Below are positions 1 to 8,629 of a DNA stretch of 29,923 bases, one piece after another. The notes under the pieces are model-generated. The model had not been told where the DNA came from. It worked only from the letters and a program-made list of their open reading frames with translations, and did no database searches. Within the stretch, counting starts at the first letter, position 1. Each line of letters begins with the position of its first letter. The stretch comes from Candidatus Doudnabacteria bacterium (lineage in GTDB: Bacteria > Patescibacteriota > Doudnabacteria > UBA920): NCBI GenBank assembly GCA_023245915.1, contig JAHFJK010000002.1, positions 1 through 29,923 on the forward strand, written 5' to 3'. The translations under genes were made by a program, and so were the position numbers.

Positions 1-82
1 ATTGAGTTTTATTTTTGTTTCTTGGCTGAAAACTGTACCTGTTGCTATCTTAGCATGTTTTCAGGCGTAAATCCAGGGGACT

Positions 83-102
83 TATGCCCAGTGGGCAGTT
101 AC
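83..102. repeat. 20-bp dispersed repeat with palindromic core TGCCCA-G-TGGGCA (copy 1)
   Basis: TATGCCCAGTGGGCAGTTAC is the exact reverse complement of 28610-28629. Confidence 0.8.
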
Positions 103-127
103 TATGTCAAAAATTGTATAATCAAAA

Positions 128-145
128 AACCGCTTAACTGCGGTT
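128..145 (-). terminator. Rho-independent terminator after pilB
   Basis: AACCGC-6nt-GCGGTT stem followed by a T run on the minus strand, ~30 bp past the stop. Confidence 0.6.
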
Positions 146-173
146 ACTTTCAACTTTTCACTTTTAACTAACC

Positions 174-1829
174 CTATCCCTCCCCCGCCACCCTAAACAC
201 CTCTTCTACATCCGTAATCCCCTCCAAAGCCTTTAGCAATCCATCTTGAACCATGGTCACCATGCCTTGGGCAACAGCAGTTTTTTTAAATTCAGCCATG
301 GAAGTGTTTTCCGCTAAAATTAATTTTTGAACCGATTCGGTATTTTCCAAAACTTCATACACACCAATGCGTCCTAAATAGCCCACTCCTCCGCACTTTT
401 CACAGCCTTCAGAATGGTAAAACTGAAAAATTTTAGGTAATGCGATGTTGGCCGACTTGGGCAACTTATTCAGCAAAAAAGTAATTTTTTCCAAAACATG
501 CGGAGCAAGTTTGGCTTCTTTTTTGCAGGACTGACACAGCTTGCGAACCAAGCGTTGGGCCATAACAATAGAAAGCGCCGGAGCCACCACAAAAGGTTTA
601 ATACCCATGTTAAGCAACCGGGGAATTGCTCCGGCGGCATCGTTAGTATGCAATGTAGATAAAACCATGTGTCCAGTCAGCGCGGCCTGCATGGCAGTTT
701 CCGCGGTCTCCTGGTCGCGGATTTCACCTACCATGACAATGTCCGGATCCTGCCTAAGTATGGCCCGCAAGCCTTTGGCAAAATTAAAATCTACACTGTG
801 GTCAATGGGCGTTTGCACAATGCCTTCTAATTTATATTCCACCGGATCTTCCAGAGTAATAATTTTTACTCCCGGCTCATTAAGCTCGTTTAAAAACGCG
901 TAAAGCGTGGTGGTCTTGCCGCTGCCGGTTGGGCCGGTGGTGATTATCATGCCATGGGGTTTTTGCAAAGCCTTGTCAACAATGCTTTGGGCTTCCGGCC
1001 GAAAGCCTAAATCTTTCAATTTTAAATTTACCGCGCCGGTGCCCAAAAGCCGCATGACCAGCTCTTCACCATAGGCCGAAGGCAAAGTTGAAATACGGAC
1101 ATCAATGGGTTTTCCCAAATAGTAAAAAGTAATGCGCCCGTCCTGCGGCACGTTTTCCACATTTAATTTCAGTTTGGATAAAATTTTTACACGGGTGATA
1201 ATCGGGCGATGTAAAGCTGTGCTGATATGTAAAATATCCTGCAGCACACCGTCAACGCGAAAGCGCAATTTTACAAAATGTTCTTCCGGCTCCAAATGAA
1301 TGTCGCTGGACTTATACGCCATACTGGCGCCAAACACGATTTCCAGCAGTTGGGTGGCGCTTAACTTTTTCTGCTCGTCTTCTGACTGTAAATTTTTCAA
1401 AATGGGTTTATAATCCTGTTGTTTTTCCACCCTGACCACTTCTTCTGTAACCGCTTTCAGACGTACAACCTTGCTGTAAAAACGCAAAGTTTGCGCAAGG
1501 CTCATTTTGGAAATAAAGTACAAGCTGACTTTATTTTTTTTGGAAAGTTCCGCCACCTTTTCCAGCAGCAAAGCATGCTGGGGGTGGGTGGTGCCGATTC
1601 TTAAATCAGTCAAATCTTTGTAAAACGGCACGGCGCCCATTTCTTTGGCCTCTTCTTCGGTAAAAATGCCCAACACCGACAAATCCACAGGAAAACTGTG
1701 CAGGTCAATGTAGGGCAAACTCAAAGAGCGGGCCTGCACCTGGGCCTCTTGCTCCTGCATTTTGCGGTTTAAATCATCCATGCTGCGCTGCAGCTCCTGC
1801 GGCGTGCTGGACAAAAAATGAGTGGACAT
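174..1829 (-). CDS. pilB: Type IV pilus / type II secretion assembly ATPase (PilB/GspE family)
   Basis: Walker A GPTGSGKTT, TLEDPVEY, LRQDPDIVMVGEIRD, STLHTN, tetra-Cys CQSC...CEKC, N-terminal T2SSE_N-like region. Confidence 0.93.
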   Translation of the reverse strand: MSTHFLSSTPQELQRSMDDLNRKMQEQEAQVQARSLSLPYIDLHSFPVDLSVLGIFTEEEAKEMGAVPFYKDLTDLRIGTTHPQHALLLEKVAELSKKNKVSLYFISKMSLAQTLRFYSKVVRLKAVTEEVVRVEKQQDYKPILKNLQSEDEQKKLSATQLLEIVFGASMAYKSSDIHLEPEEHFVKLRFRVDGVLQDILHISTALHRPIITRVKILSKLKLNVENVPQDGRITFYYLGKPIDVRISTLPSAYGEELVMRLLGTGAVNLKLKDLGFRPEAQSIVDKALQKPHGMIITTGPTGSGKTTTLYAFLNELNEPGVKIITLEDPVEYKLEGIVQTPIDHSVDFNFAKGLRAILRQDPDIVMVGEIRDQETAETAMQAALTGHMVLSTLHTNDAAGAIPRLLNMGIKPFVVAPALSIVMAQRLVRKLCQSCKKEAKLAPHVLEKITFLLNKLPKSANIALPKIFQFYHSEGCEKCGGVGYLGRIGVYEVLENTESVQKLILAENTSMAEFKKTAVAQGMVTMVQDGLLKALEGITDVEEVFRVAGEG

Positions 1830-1894
1830 TTTTGTTTCTTTGATTTATCAAAAAGCACATTTATTATATCATCGCGGATAAAAATTAACAAAAA

Positions 1895-1916
1895 AATCAG
1901 CGCCGCGGCGCTGATT
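1895..1916 (-). terminator. Perfect 22-bp palindrome, probable terminator of the DHH-like gene
   Basis: AATCAGCGCCGCGGCGCTGATT flanked by A and T runs. Confidence 0.6.
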
Positions 1917-1958
1917 AATTTTTTTTTAACAGAACTTGCGGTGGGTAAGTTCTGTAAG

Positions 1959-3110
1959 CTACAAACTTTTTACCGCTTCCAAAAACTTTTTTTCTATGTC
2001 TTCCAATGTGCTCTGCTCAAAGCTTGCCTGGACAATGACAAAATTGCCCAAAGTGGAATCTAAAATTTTTACCTGACTGCCGCCTAAATTGCCCAAAAAT
2101 TTTCCGGCAGGCAGCTGTTCGTGAAGCGCGCACAAAAACTTAATTAAACCTTTCTCAACTTCGGCCAAAAGGCCGACAAGTTTATAGCCGCTAACATTAA
2201 CCACCAATTCGCTCAAAGCAGGCAAAAGCTCGCCTGGAGTGGCTTCGGCTTTTTCAAAATCTGTAAAATTTAATAACGAATAAATTGTATTTTCTTTGTC
2301 CAAAATTTTCATCCTGGCCAGAGCGCGACCCCATAATTTTAGTAGGGCCAAAGATTTCGTCTTAAAAATATTTTTAACAATTTCCTGTTGCCGGCCGCCT
2401 AAATTAACAAGCTCAGAAGCTTTCAAAAAAGCTTTGGGAGTAGTGTGGACATGCTGAAAACTGTGCGTTTGGGCAATAATGCCGGTCAGCAAACAGGTGG
2501 CAATATCTTCGTCCAGCAATTGCTCTTCGTATTTTTGCAAGAGCTCGCTTAAAATTTCCGCCACCGAAGTCGCGGTGACATCAACTAAATTAACCTGGCC
2601 GAAATATTCATTCTGGGGACTGTTGTCAATATTAATTTTTGGAGTTTCAAAAAATAAATCAGCCTGCTGTTCATAAATTTGACCCAAGTCTTCCAGGGTT
2701 TTTACTCCCAGACTTATTACTAAATCTATGGGGAACTTGTCCTGGGAAAAAGTCACATCTTGGGCTGTAAAGGAATCGCCTTTTGACTTTAAAAATATAC
2801 GGGCCTTGTCAGAGGAGGTCTGATAGCTTAACTCCTCCAGCTTTTTTTGCGAGGTGTCAACGGCAATGACCAGGCTTTTGCCGGCATCAATCTGGCTTTT
2901 TATTTCGCTTATGCCGGGTAAAAAATTTAAGTTTTCCGGCAAAAGGGCGGAAGAAACTACTACTACATCTTTTTGCAGACGGCTTAAAAACAATTTTAAA
3001 GCTAGAGCTGACGATATATAGTCAGCACTGGCATTTTGGGGCAAAACTATTAAGATCTTATTGCTTTTTTTAATAAGATCAAAAATTTGTTGGTCTGTAG
3101 ATAATTCCAT
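1959..3110 (-). CDS. DHH/NrnA-like phosphoesterase-fold protein with degenerate catalytic motifs
   Basis: DHH family layout (SALAL, INID, N-FG-VNLVD--ATS--EI, ATCLLTGII--T-SF), but the DHH motif reads IDNS and motif 1 lacks its H/D ligands. Confidence 0.75.
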   Translation of the reverse strand: MELSTDQQIFDLIKKSNKILIVLPQNASADYISSALALKLFLSRLQKDVVVVSSALLPENLNFLPGISEIKSQIDAGKSLVIAVDTSQKKLEELSYQTSSDKARIFLKSKGDSFTAQDVTFSQDKFPIDLVISLGVKTLEDLGQIYEQQADLFFETPKINIDNSPQNEYFGQVNLVDVTATSVAEILSELLQKYEEQLLDEDIATCLLTGIIAQTHSFQHVHTTPKAFLKASELVNLGGRQQEIVKNIFKTKSLALLKLWGRALARMKILDKENTIYSLLNFTDFEKAEATPGELLPALSELVVNVSGYKLVGLLAEVEKGLIKFLCALHEQLPAGKFLGNLGGSQVKILDSTLGNFVIVQASFEQSTLEDIEKKFLEAVKSL

Positions 3111-3116
3111 AATGAA

Positions 3117-3218
3117 TATATCGAATCAACGAACCAGATGAATCTACGAAGGTCTACAAATTAACGAATTCGTAACTTCGTAGTTATTCGTTGATTCGTT
3201 CTATTCGTAGATTCTATA
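3117..3218. repeat. Periodic-arm imperfect palindrome (ACGAA/TTCGT core)
   Basis: GAATCAACGAA 3123-3133 pairs with TTCGTTGATTC 3187-3197; GAATCTACGAA 3140-3150 pairs with TTCGTAGATTC 3204-3214. Confidence 0.8.
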
Positions 3219-3235
3219 TATTTTTACGATTAATC

Positions 3236-3277
3236 AGTATAAAACATTTTACTTTATTGGTCAATCCACACTATAAT
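3236..3277. promoter_or_regulatory. Overlapping divergent sigma70-type promoters (DHH-like gene / tsaE operon)
   Basis: Minus: TTGACC (3264-3259), 17 bp, TATACT (3241-3236). Plus: TATAAT at 3272-3277, 7 bp before the tsaE ATG. Confidence 0.55.
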
Positions 3278-3284
3278 ACAGGCA

Positions 3285-3701
3285 ATGGACAGCCAAAAGA
3301 CCACTCTTAATGATATCCCAAAACTCGCCAAGCACATCGCAAAAAACCTGCGGGGCGGGGAAATTTTTGCCCTTGTTGGTCAGCTAGGCAGCGGCAAAAC
3401 CACTTTTGTGAAAGCCTTAGGCAAACAACTGAAAATTAAGCACGTAATCCCAAGCCCAACCTTTATTCTTCTGCAGGGGTTTGAAGCTAAAGTTAAAAAC
3501 AGGAAAAAAATTTTGTTTTACCACCTGGATTTATATCGCATCAAAAATTTTAAAGAAGCCAAAGCCTTGGGCCTGACCGAATTCTGGGGCAGACCGGAAA
3601 CCGTTAGCTTAATAGAATGGGCAAATAAAATCAAAACCCATTTACCTAAAAAGACCCGGATAATAAAATTTCAATCACCAGCCAGGCGAAAAAATACATG
3701 A
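3285..3701 (+). CDS. tsaE: tRNA threonylcarbamoyladenosine biosynthesis ATPase
   Basis: GQLGSGKTTF, SPTF, HLDLYR, IEWA motifs; 138 aa. Confidence 0.93.
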   Translation: MDSQKTTLNDIPKLAKHIAKNLRGGEIFALVGQLGSGKTTFVKALGKQLKIKHVIPSPTFILLQGFEAKVKNRKKILFYHLDLYRIKNFKEAKALGLTEFWGRPETVSLIEWANKIKTHLPKKTRIIKFQSPARRKNT

Positions 3702-4924
3702 ATAATATAAAAAAAATCATCTGCATTAGTCCAACCATTTTATTATTTGTGTTCATCATTTACCTCAATCAGCCAGGAAAAGTTTTGGCCGCGTCTGTAG
3801 ATACTTTTTCCTTTAGCTTTGAAGGTCAGAATTATGCTGTCAGCGCAAAAGAACTCTCTGGCTGGCGAGGCAGACAAATTGTCGAATCGGCAAATATTTA
3901 TTCCCCTCCAGCTGAAAATATAGAGACATCTATAAAAAAAATTTTAGGTCAACAAACTTTAATTAAAAAGCCATCTCAAACCTATAATTACACCTTAGCT
4001 CCCATTTATTTATACCTTCAAAACCTGGCCAGCAGCACTATAGACACGCAAATTTCAGAGCCAAAATTAAAAATTGAAAACAATCGGGCAATTGAATTCA
4101 CGCCGCCGCAAAATGGCCGCAAGACCGATGTCTACAAAAACGCCTTAGATGCTCTTGATGCGCTTGAATTACACAAAGAAGGATTAGCACTAACTGTAAT
4201 AGAAACTAAGCCCAACACCAGCCTCGGGCAAAGCAATGACTTGGGCATAAACGAACTGATTGCTCAGGGTGTTTCCAAATTTACAGGTAGCCCAAAAAAC
4301 CGCAGACACAACATTTCTGTGGGAGTCGGAAAATTTAAGGGCTTAATAATTGCCCAGGGGGAAGAGTTCAGTTTTAACAAAAACTTAGGACCAGTAGAGG
4401 AAGAGCAGGGGTTTTTGCCCGAACTGGTTATAAAAAAAGAAGGTACAATTCCGGAATTCGGGGGAGGCTTATGCCAGGTTTCGACCACAACTTTTAGAGG
4501 AGCCATGGAAGCTGGATTGCCAATTACCCAAAGACGCAATCACGCTTACGCGGTTCAGTACTACTCTCCTCAAGGCACCGATGCTACAATTTATCCCGGG
4601 TCTTCTGACTTAAAATTTATTAATGACACGCCCGGAGCAATTTTAATTTGGCCACACATAGAGCCTAAAGAGACTTTAGTTTTTGATTTCTACGGCACTA
4701 AAGACAGCCGGCACGTAACTTTGGAAAAGCCCGTGGTCTATGACAGAAAAGAAGACGGCAGCATGAAAGCCACCTGGACACGGGAAGTGGTTGCGGCTGA
4801 CGGAAAACTGCGAACCGATATTTTCAAATCTATCTACCAATCCCCGGCGCTCTTTCATAAAACCGAACAGTTTGTGAGCAATACTTCTACACCTTCAAGC
4901 CTACAGGCACCAAAAACAAACTAA
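3698..4924 (+). CDS. VanW-family protein with N-terminal membrane anchor
   Basis: RRHNI, GEEFSFN, GGGLCQVSTT, QRRNHAY, DATIY, DLKFINDT motifs. Confidence 0.88.
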   Translation: MNNIKKIICISPTILLFVFIIYLNQPGKVLAASVDTFSFSFEGQNYAVSAKELSGWRGRQIVESANIYSPPAENIETSIKKILGQQTLIKKPSQTYNYTLAPIYLYLQNLASSTIDTQISEPKLKIENNRAIEFTPPQNGRKTDVYKNALDALDALELHKEGLALTVIETKPNTSLGQSNDLGINELIAQGVSKFTGSPKNRRHNISVGVGKFKGLIIAQGEEFSFNKNLGPVEEEQGFLPELVIKKEGTIPEFGGGLCQVSTTTFRGAMEAGLPITQRRNHAYAVQYYSPQGTDATIYPGSSDLKFINDTPGAILIWPHIEPKETLVFDFYGTKDSRHVTLEKPVVYDRKEDGSMKATWTREVVAADGKLRTDIFKSIYQSPALFHKTEQFVSNTSTPSSLQAPKTN

Positions 4925-4933
4925 AAGACTCCT

Positions 4934-5974
4934 ATGATTCAATCAGGCAACGAAAACCTTGCTCCGCTTAAGACCGAAGCGCTGGATGAGGAAGAAATAA
5001 TAATTGAACAGACTTTACGGCCGCAGACGCTTTTGGAATACATTGGCCAGACGGGCGTAAAAAACAATCTCAAGATAATCATCGAAGCCGCAAAAAAACG
5101 CGGCGAGGTCTTGGAGCATTTGCTGTTTTACGGACCGCCGGGTTTGGGCAAAACCACCTTGGCATTTATTGTTGCCAAGGAAATGGGCAGCAACATTAAA
5201 GTCACATCGGGACCCGCGATTGAGAGGGCCGGCGACCTGGCTTCTTTGCTAACCAACTTAAGCGAAGGTGACGTTTTATTTATAGATGAAATTCATCGTT
5301 TGAATAAGGCGGTAGAAGAAGTTTTGTATCCTGCCATGGAAGACCATGTGCTGGATATTATTTTAGGCAAAGGCCCGGGCGCGCGCAGCATTAGAATGGA
5401 GCTGCCAAAGTTTACCCTAATAGGAGCCACAACCAGAATTGGGATGATTTCTTCTCCGCTACGCGACCGTTTTGGCGCCACTTACCGGCTGGAATATTAT
5501 CCGGAAGAAGATTTGCAAATTATTATCAACCGCAACAGCAAAGTTTTAAAAGCCAATGTTGACAAAACTGCCTCCGGAGAGCTTTCCAAACGCAGCCGGT
5601 TTACCCCCCGCATCGCGAATCGATTATTAAAAAGAGTCCGGGATTTTGCCCAGGTCCATGGCCATGATACAATTAATCAAGATATTGCTAAAAAGGCTTT
5701 ACAGCTGTTGGAAATTGACGCGCTTGGCCTTGATAAAAATGACCGACGAATTTTGGAAACCTTAATTAATAAATTTTCCGGCGGCCCAGTGGGGCTTAAC
5801 ACTTTAGCCGCAGCTACTGGTGAAGAAGAAGACACTATTACTGACATTCACGAACCATTTTTAATCCGCTTAGGTCTGTTAGCCAAAACCCCTAAAGGAC
5901 GAGTGGCAACCGAAGCTGCGTATAAACATTTGGATATTGCCCCGCCAAGCTTGGCACAAAAAACCCTGTTGTAA
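4934..5974 (+). CDS. ruvB: Holliday junction branch migration helicase
   Basis: [43 protein letters not shown]. Confidence 0.97.
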   Translation: MIQSGNENLAPLKTEALDEEEIIIEQTLRPQTLLEYIGQTGVKNNLKIIIEAAKKRGEVLEHLLFYGPPGLGKTTLAFIVAKEMGSNIKVTSGPAIERAGDLASLLTNLSEGDVLFIDEIHRLNKAVEEVLYPAMEDHVLDIILGKGPGARSIRMELPKFTLIGATTRIGMISSPLRDRFGATYRLEYYPEEDLQIIINRNSKVLKANVDKTASGELSKRSRFTPRIANRLLKRVRDFAQVHGHDTINQDIAKKALQLLEIDALGLDKNDRRILETLINKFSGGPVGLNTLAAATGEEEDTITDIHEPFLIRLGLLAKTPKGRVATEAAYKHLDIAPPSLAQKTLL

Positions 5975-6072
5975 TTCCAAATATCAAATGTCAAATCAAG
6001 TTTTAAAGTTTCTTAATTTTAAATTCAAACATTTGAGCTTCATTTGAAATTTGTAATTTGATATTTGTCATT
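5973..6072. repeat. Heptamer-periodic palindrome (NNCAAAT)n...(ATTTGNN)n, copy A
   Basis: Three CAAAT heptamers at 5976-5996 and four ATTTG heptamers at 6042-6069; 29 bp (6039-6067) identical to 13655-13683. Confidence 0.85.
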
Positions 6073-6078
6073 ACCTTC

Positions 6079-6291
6079 ATGAACCTCTCCAATCCCGCCA
6101 ATTTACTTATTGCTGTCATCTATTACATCCTTGCCGGTCTTATAAGCTTTTTTTCTATATTCGGAATTTATATTTTAATGCGCTACGGCAAATCCACGCC
6201 TTTTGCTTTAACCGTAGCCTTGCTTTATGGCTTTATTTTTTTAGCTATCTTAAACCAAAGCTATCAAACTCTTCAGTCCATATTAGTATGA
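6079..6291 (+). CDS. Small two-helix membrane protein
   Basis: 70 aa from ATG 6079 with two hydrophobic segments; the longer 6058 start lies inside the repeat. Confidence 0.65.
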   Translation: MNLSNPANLLIAVIYYILAGLISFFSIFGIYILMRYGKSTPFALTVALLYGFIFLAILNQSYQTLQSILV

Positions 6292-6367
6292 GGTTATAAG
6301 TTATGGCGACCGGTAAAGTTGTCAGGCGGCGGTTTTAAGTAACCAATAACTATTATCCATCCAAGCC

Positions 6368-6913
6368 ATGCACAAACTCTTTCCCAGCCAGATGGACGAC
6401 GAAAAAATTTATCTTGTCGTCCGTGAACACTGGTTCCATCTACTTCTAAAAATTCTTATCTGGCTATTTTTTGCCGCTGCTTTAATTGTTTTTAACCGCT
6501 ACGCGCTACCCAAATTACTTGATTTCGCGCCAGCCTGGGCCGGTATTATTAAACTTTTTACAGAAGTTTACACTTTGTTTTTAGCTTTGGCTTTGTTTTT
6601 AATTTTTAATTTCTGGTATTTAAACATCCAAATTATTACCAACATAAGAGTAGTAGACGTTGACCAAGAAGGACTATTTTTTCATGTTGTCTCTGAATTG
6701 CATATAGACAAAATAGAAGATGTCACCAGTCAGGTTGGGGGCATTTTTGGCACAATTTTTAATTATGGCGACGTATTGGTCCAAACCGCGGGCACAGTTG
6801 AACGCTTTGAATTCCCCAATGTGCCTAACCCGGCCGCCATTGAAAAATTGATTTTAGACCTATACGAAGAACACTCTAATTTATCTAAAGTCGGAAAAGG
6901 GACAAATCCATGA
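6368..6913 (+). CDS. Membrane protein with bacterial PH domain (bPH_2/YdbS-like)
   Basis: Two TM helices then IITNIRVVD, IEDV, GGIFGTIFNYGDV-VQTAG, F-NVPNP. Confidence 0.8.
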   Translation: MHKLFPSQMDDEKIYLVVREHWFHLLLKILIWLFFAAALIVFNRYALPKLLDFAPAWAGIIKLFTEVYTLFLALALFLIFNFWYLNIQIITNIRVVDVDQEGLFFHVVSELHIDKIEDVTSQVGGIFGTIFNYGDVLVQTAGTVERFEFPNVPNPAAIEKLILDLYEEHSNLSKVGKGTNP

Positions 6914-7356
6914 AAGTTGTTGCCATATCTGGCGGCTTTGACCCCATCCACATTGGCCATATCAGACTGCTAAAAGCAGCCAAAGCTTTAGGAGACAAAC
7001 TGATTGTTATATTAAATAACGATAATTGGTTGGCAGTAAAAAAAGGATTTGCATTCATGCCCGAGCAGGAGCGTAAAGAAGTTCTGTTAGCCATGCAATA
7101 CGTTGATGAAGTGGTTATTACTAGCCACCCAAACAATCCGACCGACATGTCAGTTTGCAAAGAACTGGAACAGTTAAAACCCGACATTTTTGCCAACGGG
7201 GGCGATAGAAAACCCGATGCAGATCCAGTCCCTGAAGTCGAATTATGCAACCGGCTTGGAATTGAACTTGTCTACAATGTCGGCGGCGAAAAAGCCCAAA
7301 GTTCCAGCCAACTGGTGCACAAAGCCTTGGGCCTTAAAAGCAAATCGCTAAAATAA
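6910..7356 (+). CDS. Cytidylyltransferase-like nucleotidyltransferase (TagD/RfaE-II/RibL type)
   Basis: GGFDPIHIGH HxGH motif, ERKEVL, ANGGDR, terminal SSS; overlaps the upstream stop (ATGA). Confidence 0.85.
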   Translation: MKVVAISGGFDPIHIGHIRLLKAAKALGDKLIVILNNDNWLAVKKGFAFMPEQERKEVLLAMQYVDEVVITSHPNNPTDMSVCKELEQLKPDIFANGGDRKPDADPVPEVELCNRLGIELVYNVGGEKAQSSSQLVHKALGLKSKSLK

Positions 7357-7372
7357 TTTTTTGGGGAAACTA

Positions 7373-7396
7373 AAACTCCGGCGCAGACCGGAGTTT
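7373..7396. terminator. Bidirectional terminator between convergent genes
   Basis: AAACTCCGG-CGCAGA-CCGGAGTTT. Confidence 0.65.
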
Positions 7397-8125
7397 AAAT
7401 TTGGGATAAAATCGCAAGGCTGGCTAAAACAGCGGTTTCGGCCCGCAGCAGAATGGGGCCGAGGGAGAGAGTTTGCAGATTTGGCAACGATTTAAATTTG
7501 TCAATTTCTTCGCTTGTGAAACCGCCTTCGGGACCAACTATGATTGAACAAGATTTAAAAGCTTGATCAAGATTGACAAGAATCTTTATGGGTTCACCTG
7601 AAATATCAGCCAACAAAATTTTATCGTAAAATTTCATCAGCTCAATCGCCTGAGCTAAATTAGAAACAAAAACCAAACTCGGCCAAACCGCCCGTTCGCA
7701 TTATTTTGCTGCTTCAATTAAAATTTTATTCCAACGTTGTTGCTTTTTCTGGAACTGATCAGCAGATAGTTTCGTGGCGGTATTTTTGGAATTGAATAAA
7801 ACAATTTTACCCAAGCCCAGCTCCGTGCCTTTTTGAAAAATAAAGTCTTAAGCTTTTTCCGAAACTACGGATTGAAATAAAGTTATTGAAATTAACGGTT
7901 CTGTAGGTACTGCTATTTGCTCAAGCGGTTTGACGGTCAATGAATCTTTATTAATATCCATAATCCATAATATCAACTGGATATCTTTCCCTGTCTGGCC
8001 CCTGGACTTTTATCTGTTCTCCTTTTTTTATTCTGCGCGACAACAAAAATATGTCCCGCTTCGGGCGGGACAATTTCAAATATCTGATTAAGCTTTAGAT
8101 TTTGGTCAGAAAGGAAATACGGCAT
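7395..8125 (-). pseudogene. rsmE: 16S rRNA m3U1498 methyltransferase pseudogene with four lesions
   Basis: Removing +1 nt in the A5 run (8045-8049) and a 7-bp duplication (7956-7969), and reading through TAAs at 7848-7850 and 7701-7703, gives 241 codons with QKGTELG, EAAK*CER, VGPEGGF and LGPILLRAETA motifs. Confidence 0.9.
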
Positions 8126-8130
8126 CTAAT

Positions 8131-8442
8131 TCAAACCTGAATGTAAATAGCATAAACAATCTGCCTGCCCAATACCTGATTTAAAGCGCTGATTATTCTG
8201 TGAGCCAATAACTTTAATTTGTTGGCCAACTCCTTAGACAGGCAGGCAATGATAAGTACGCCTTTTTTAAAATCAACGGCTTGTGTCTGCTCACCGGCTT
8301 CTTCTACAAAAGAGCCGGAAAGCTGCTGCCAGGCTTTTAAGGCTTTATGGCGATGATAAGCGTTTTCTAAATTGTATTGTTTGGCGGTGTGCCTAATTAA
8401 GTTGTCGATTTTGGAAAAGCCTTTGTATTGATTTCTTTGCAT
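8131..8442 (-). CDS. dciA: DciA (DUF721) family helicase-loading protein
   Basis: 103 aa with W--L, G-L-I-C-S...A--L pattern; directly downstream of recF as in dnaA-dnaN-recF-DUF721 clusters. Confidence 0.75.
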   Translation of the reverse strand: MQRNQYKGFSKIDNLIRHTAKQYNLENAYHRHKALKAWQQLSGSFVEEAGEQTQAVDFKKGVLIIACLSKELANKLKLLAHRIISALNQVLGRQIVYAIYIQV

Positions 8443-8460
8443 ATAAAATCTTTATATCTT

Positions 8461-8628
8461 TCAAAATTTCCGCATTGAGCCGAGTACGAGGCAAAATGCG
8501 AGGATATTTGGAGACGTAGTAGAACTACGGCGACAAACACCACAGCATTTTAACGAAGTAATCGGCCAAAGCCGCTTTGCAAGTCCGACTTGACGTCGGA
8601 CTAAAAAGCGGCGGTGCGGAAATTTTGA
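8461..8628. mobile_element. 168-bp MITE-like or structured element with perfect 14-bp terminal inverted repeats
   Basis: TCAAAATTTCCGCA (8461-8474) and TGCGGAAATTTTGA (8615-8628), with several nested internal stems. Confidence 0.65.
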
Positions 8629-8629
8629 T

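Noticed and set aside
7701-7850. Two in-frame TAA codons in rsmE as evidence of stop-codon reassignment
   Set aside because: TAA ends many intact genes here (ruvB, recF, dnaN, rpmH) and the same gene also has two frameshifts; decay is the simpler explanation
8052-8072. TGTCCCGC-TTCGG-GCGGGACA hairpin inside rsmE as another inserted micro-palindrome
   Set aside because: It encodes plausible native RsmE residues (VPPEAGH) and the repaired gene has normal length, so no insertion is needed
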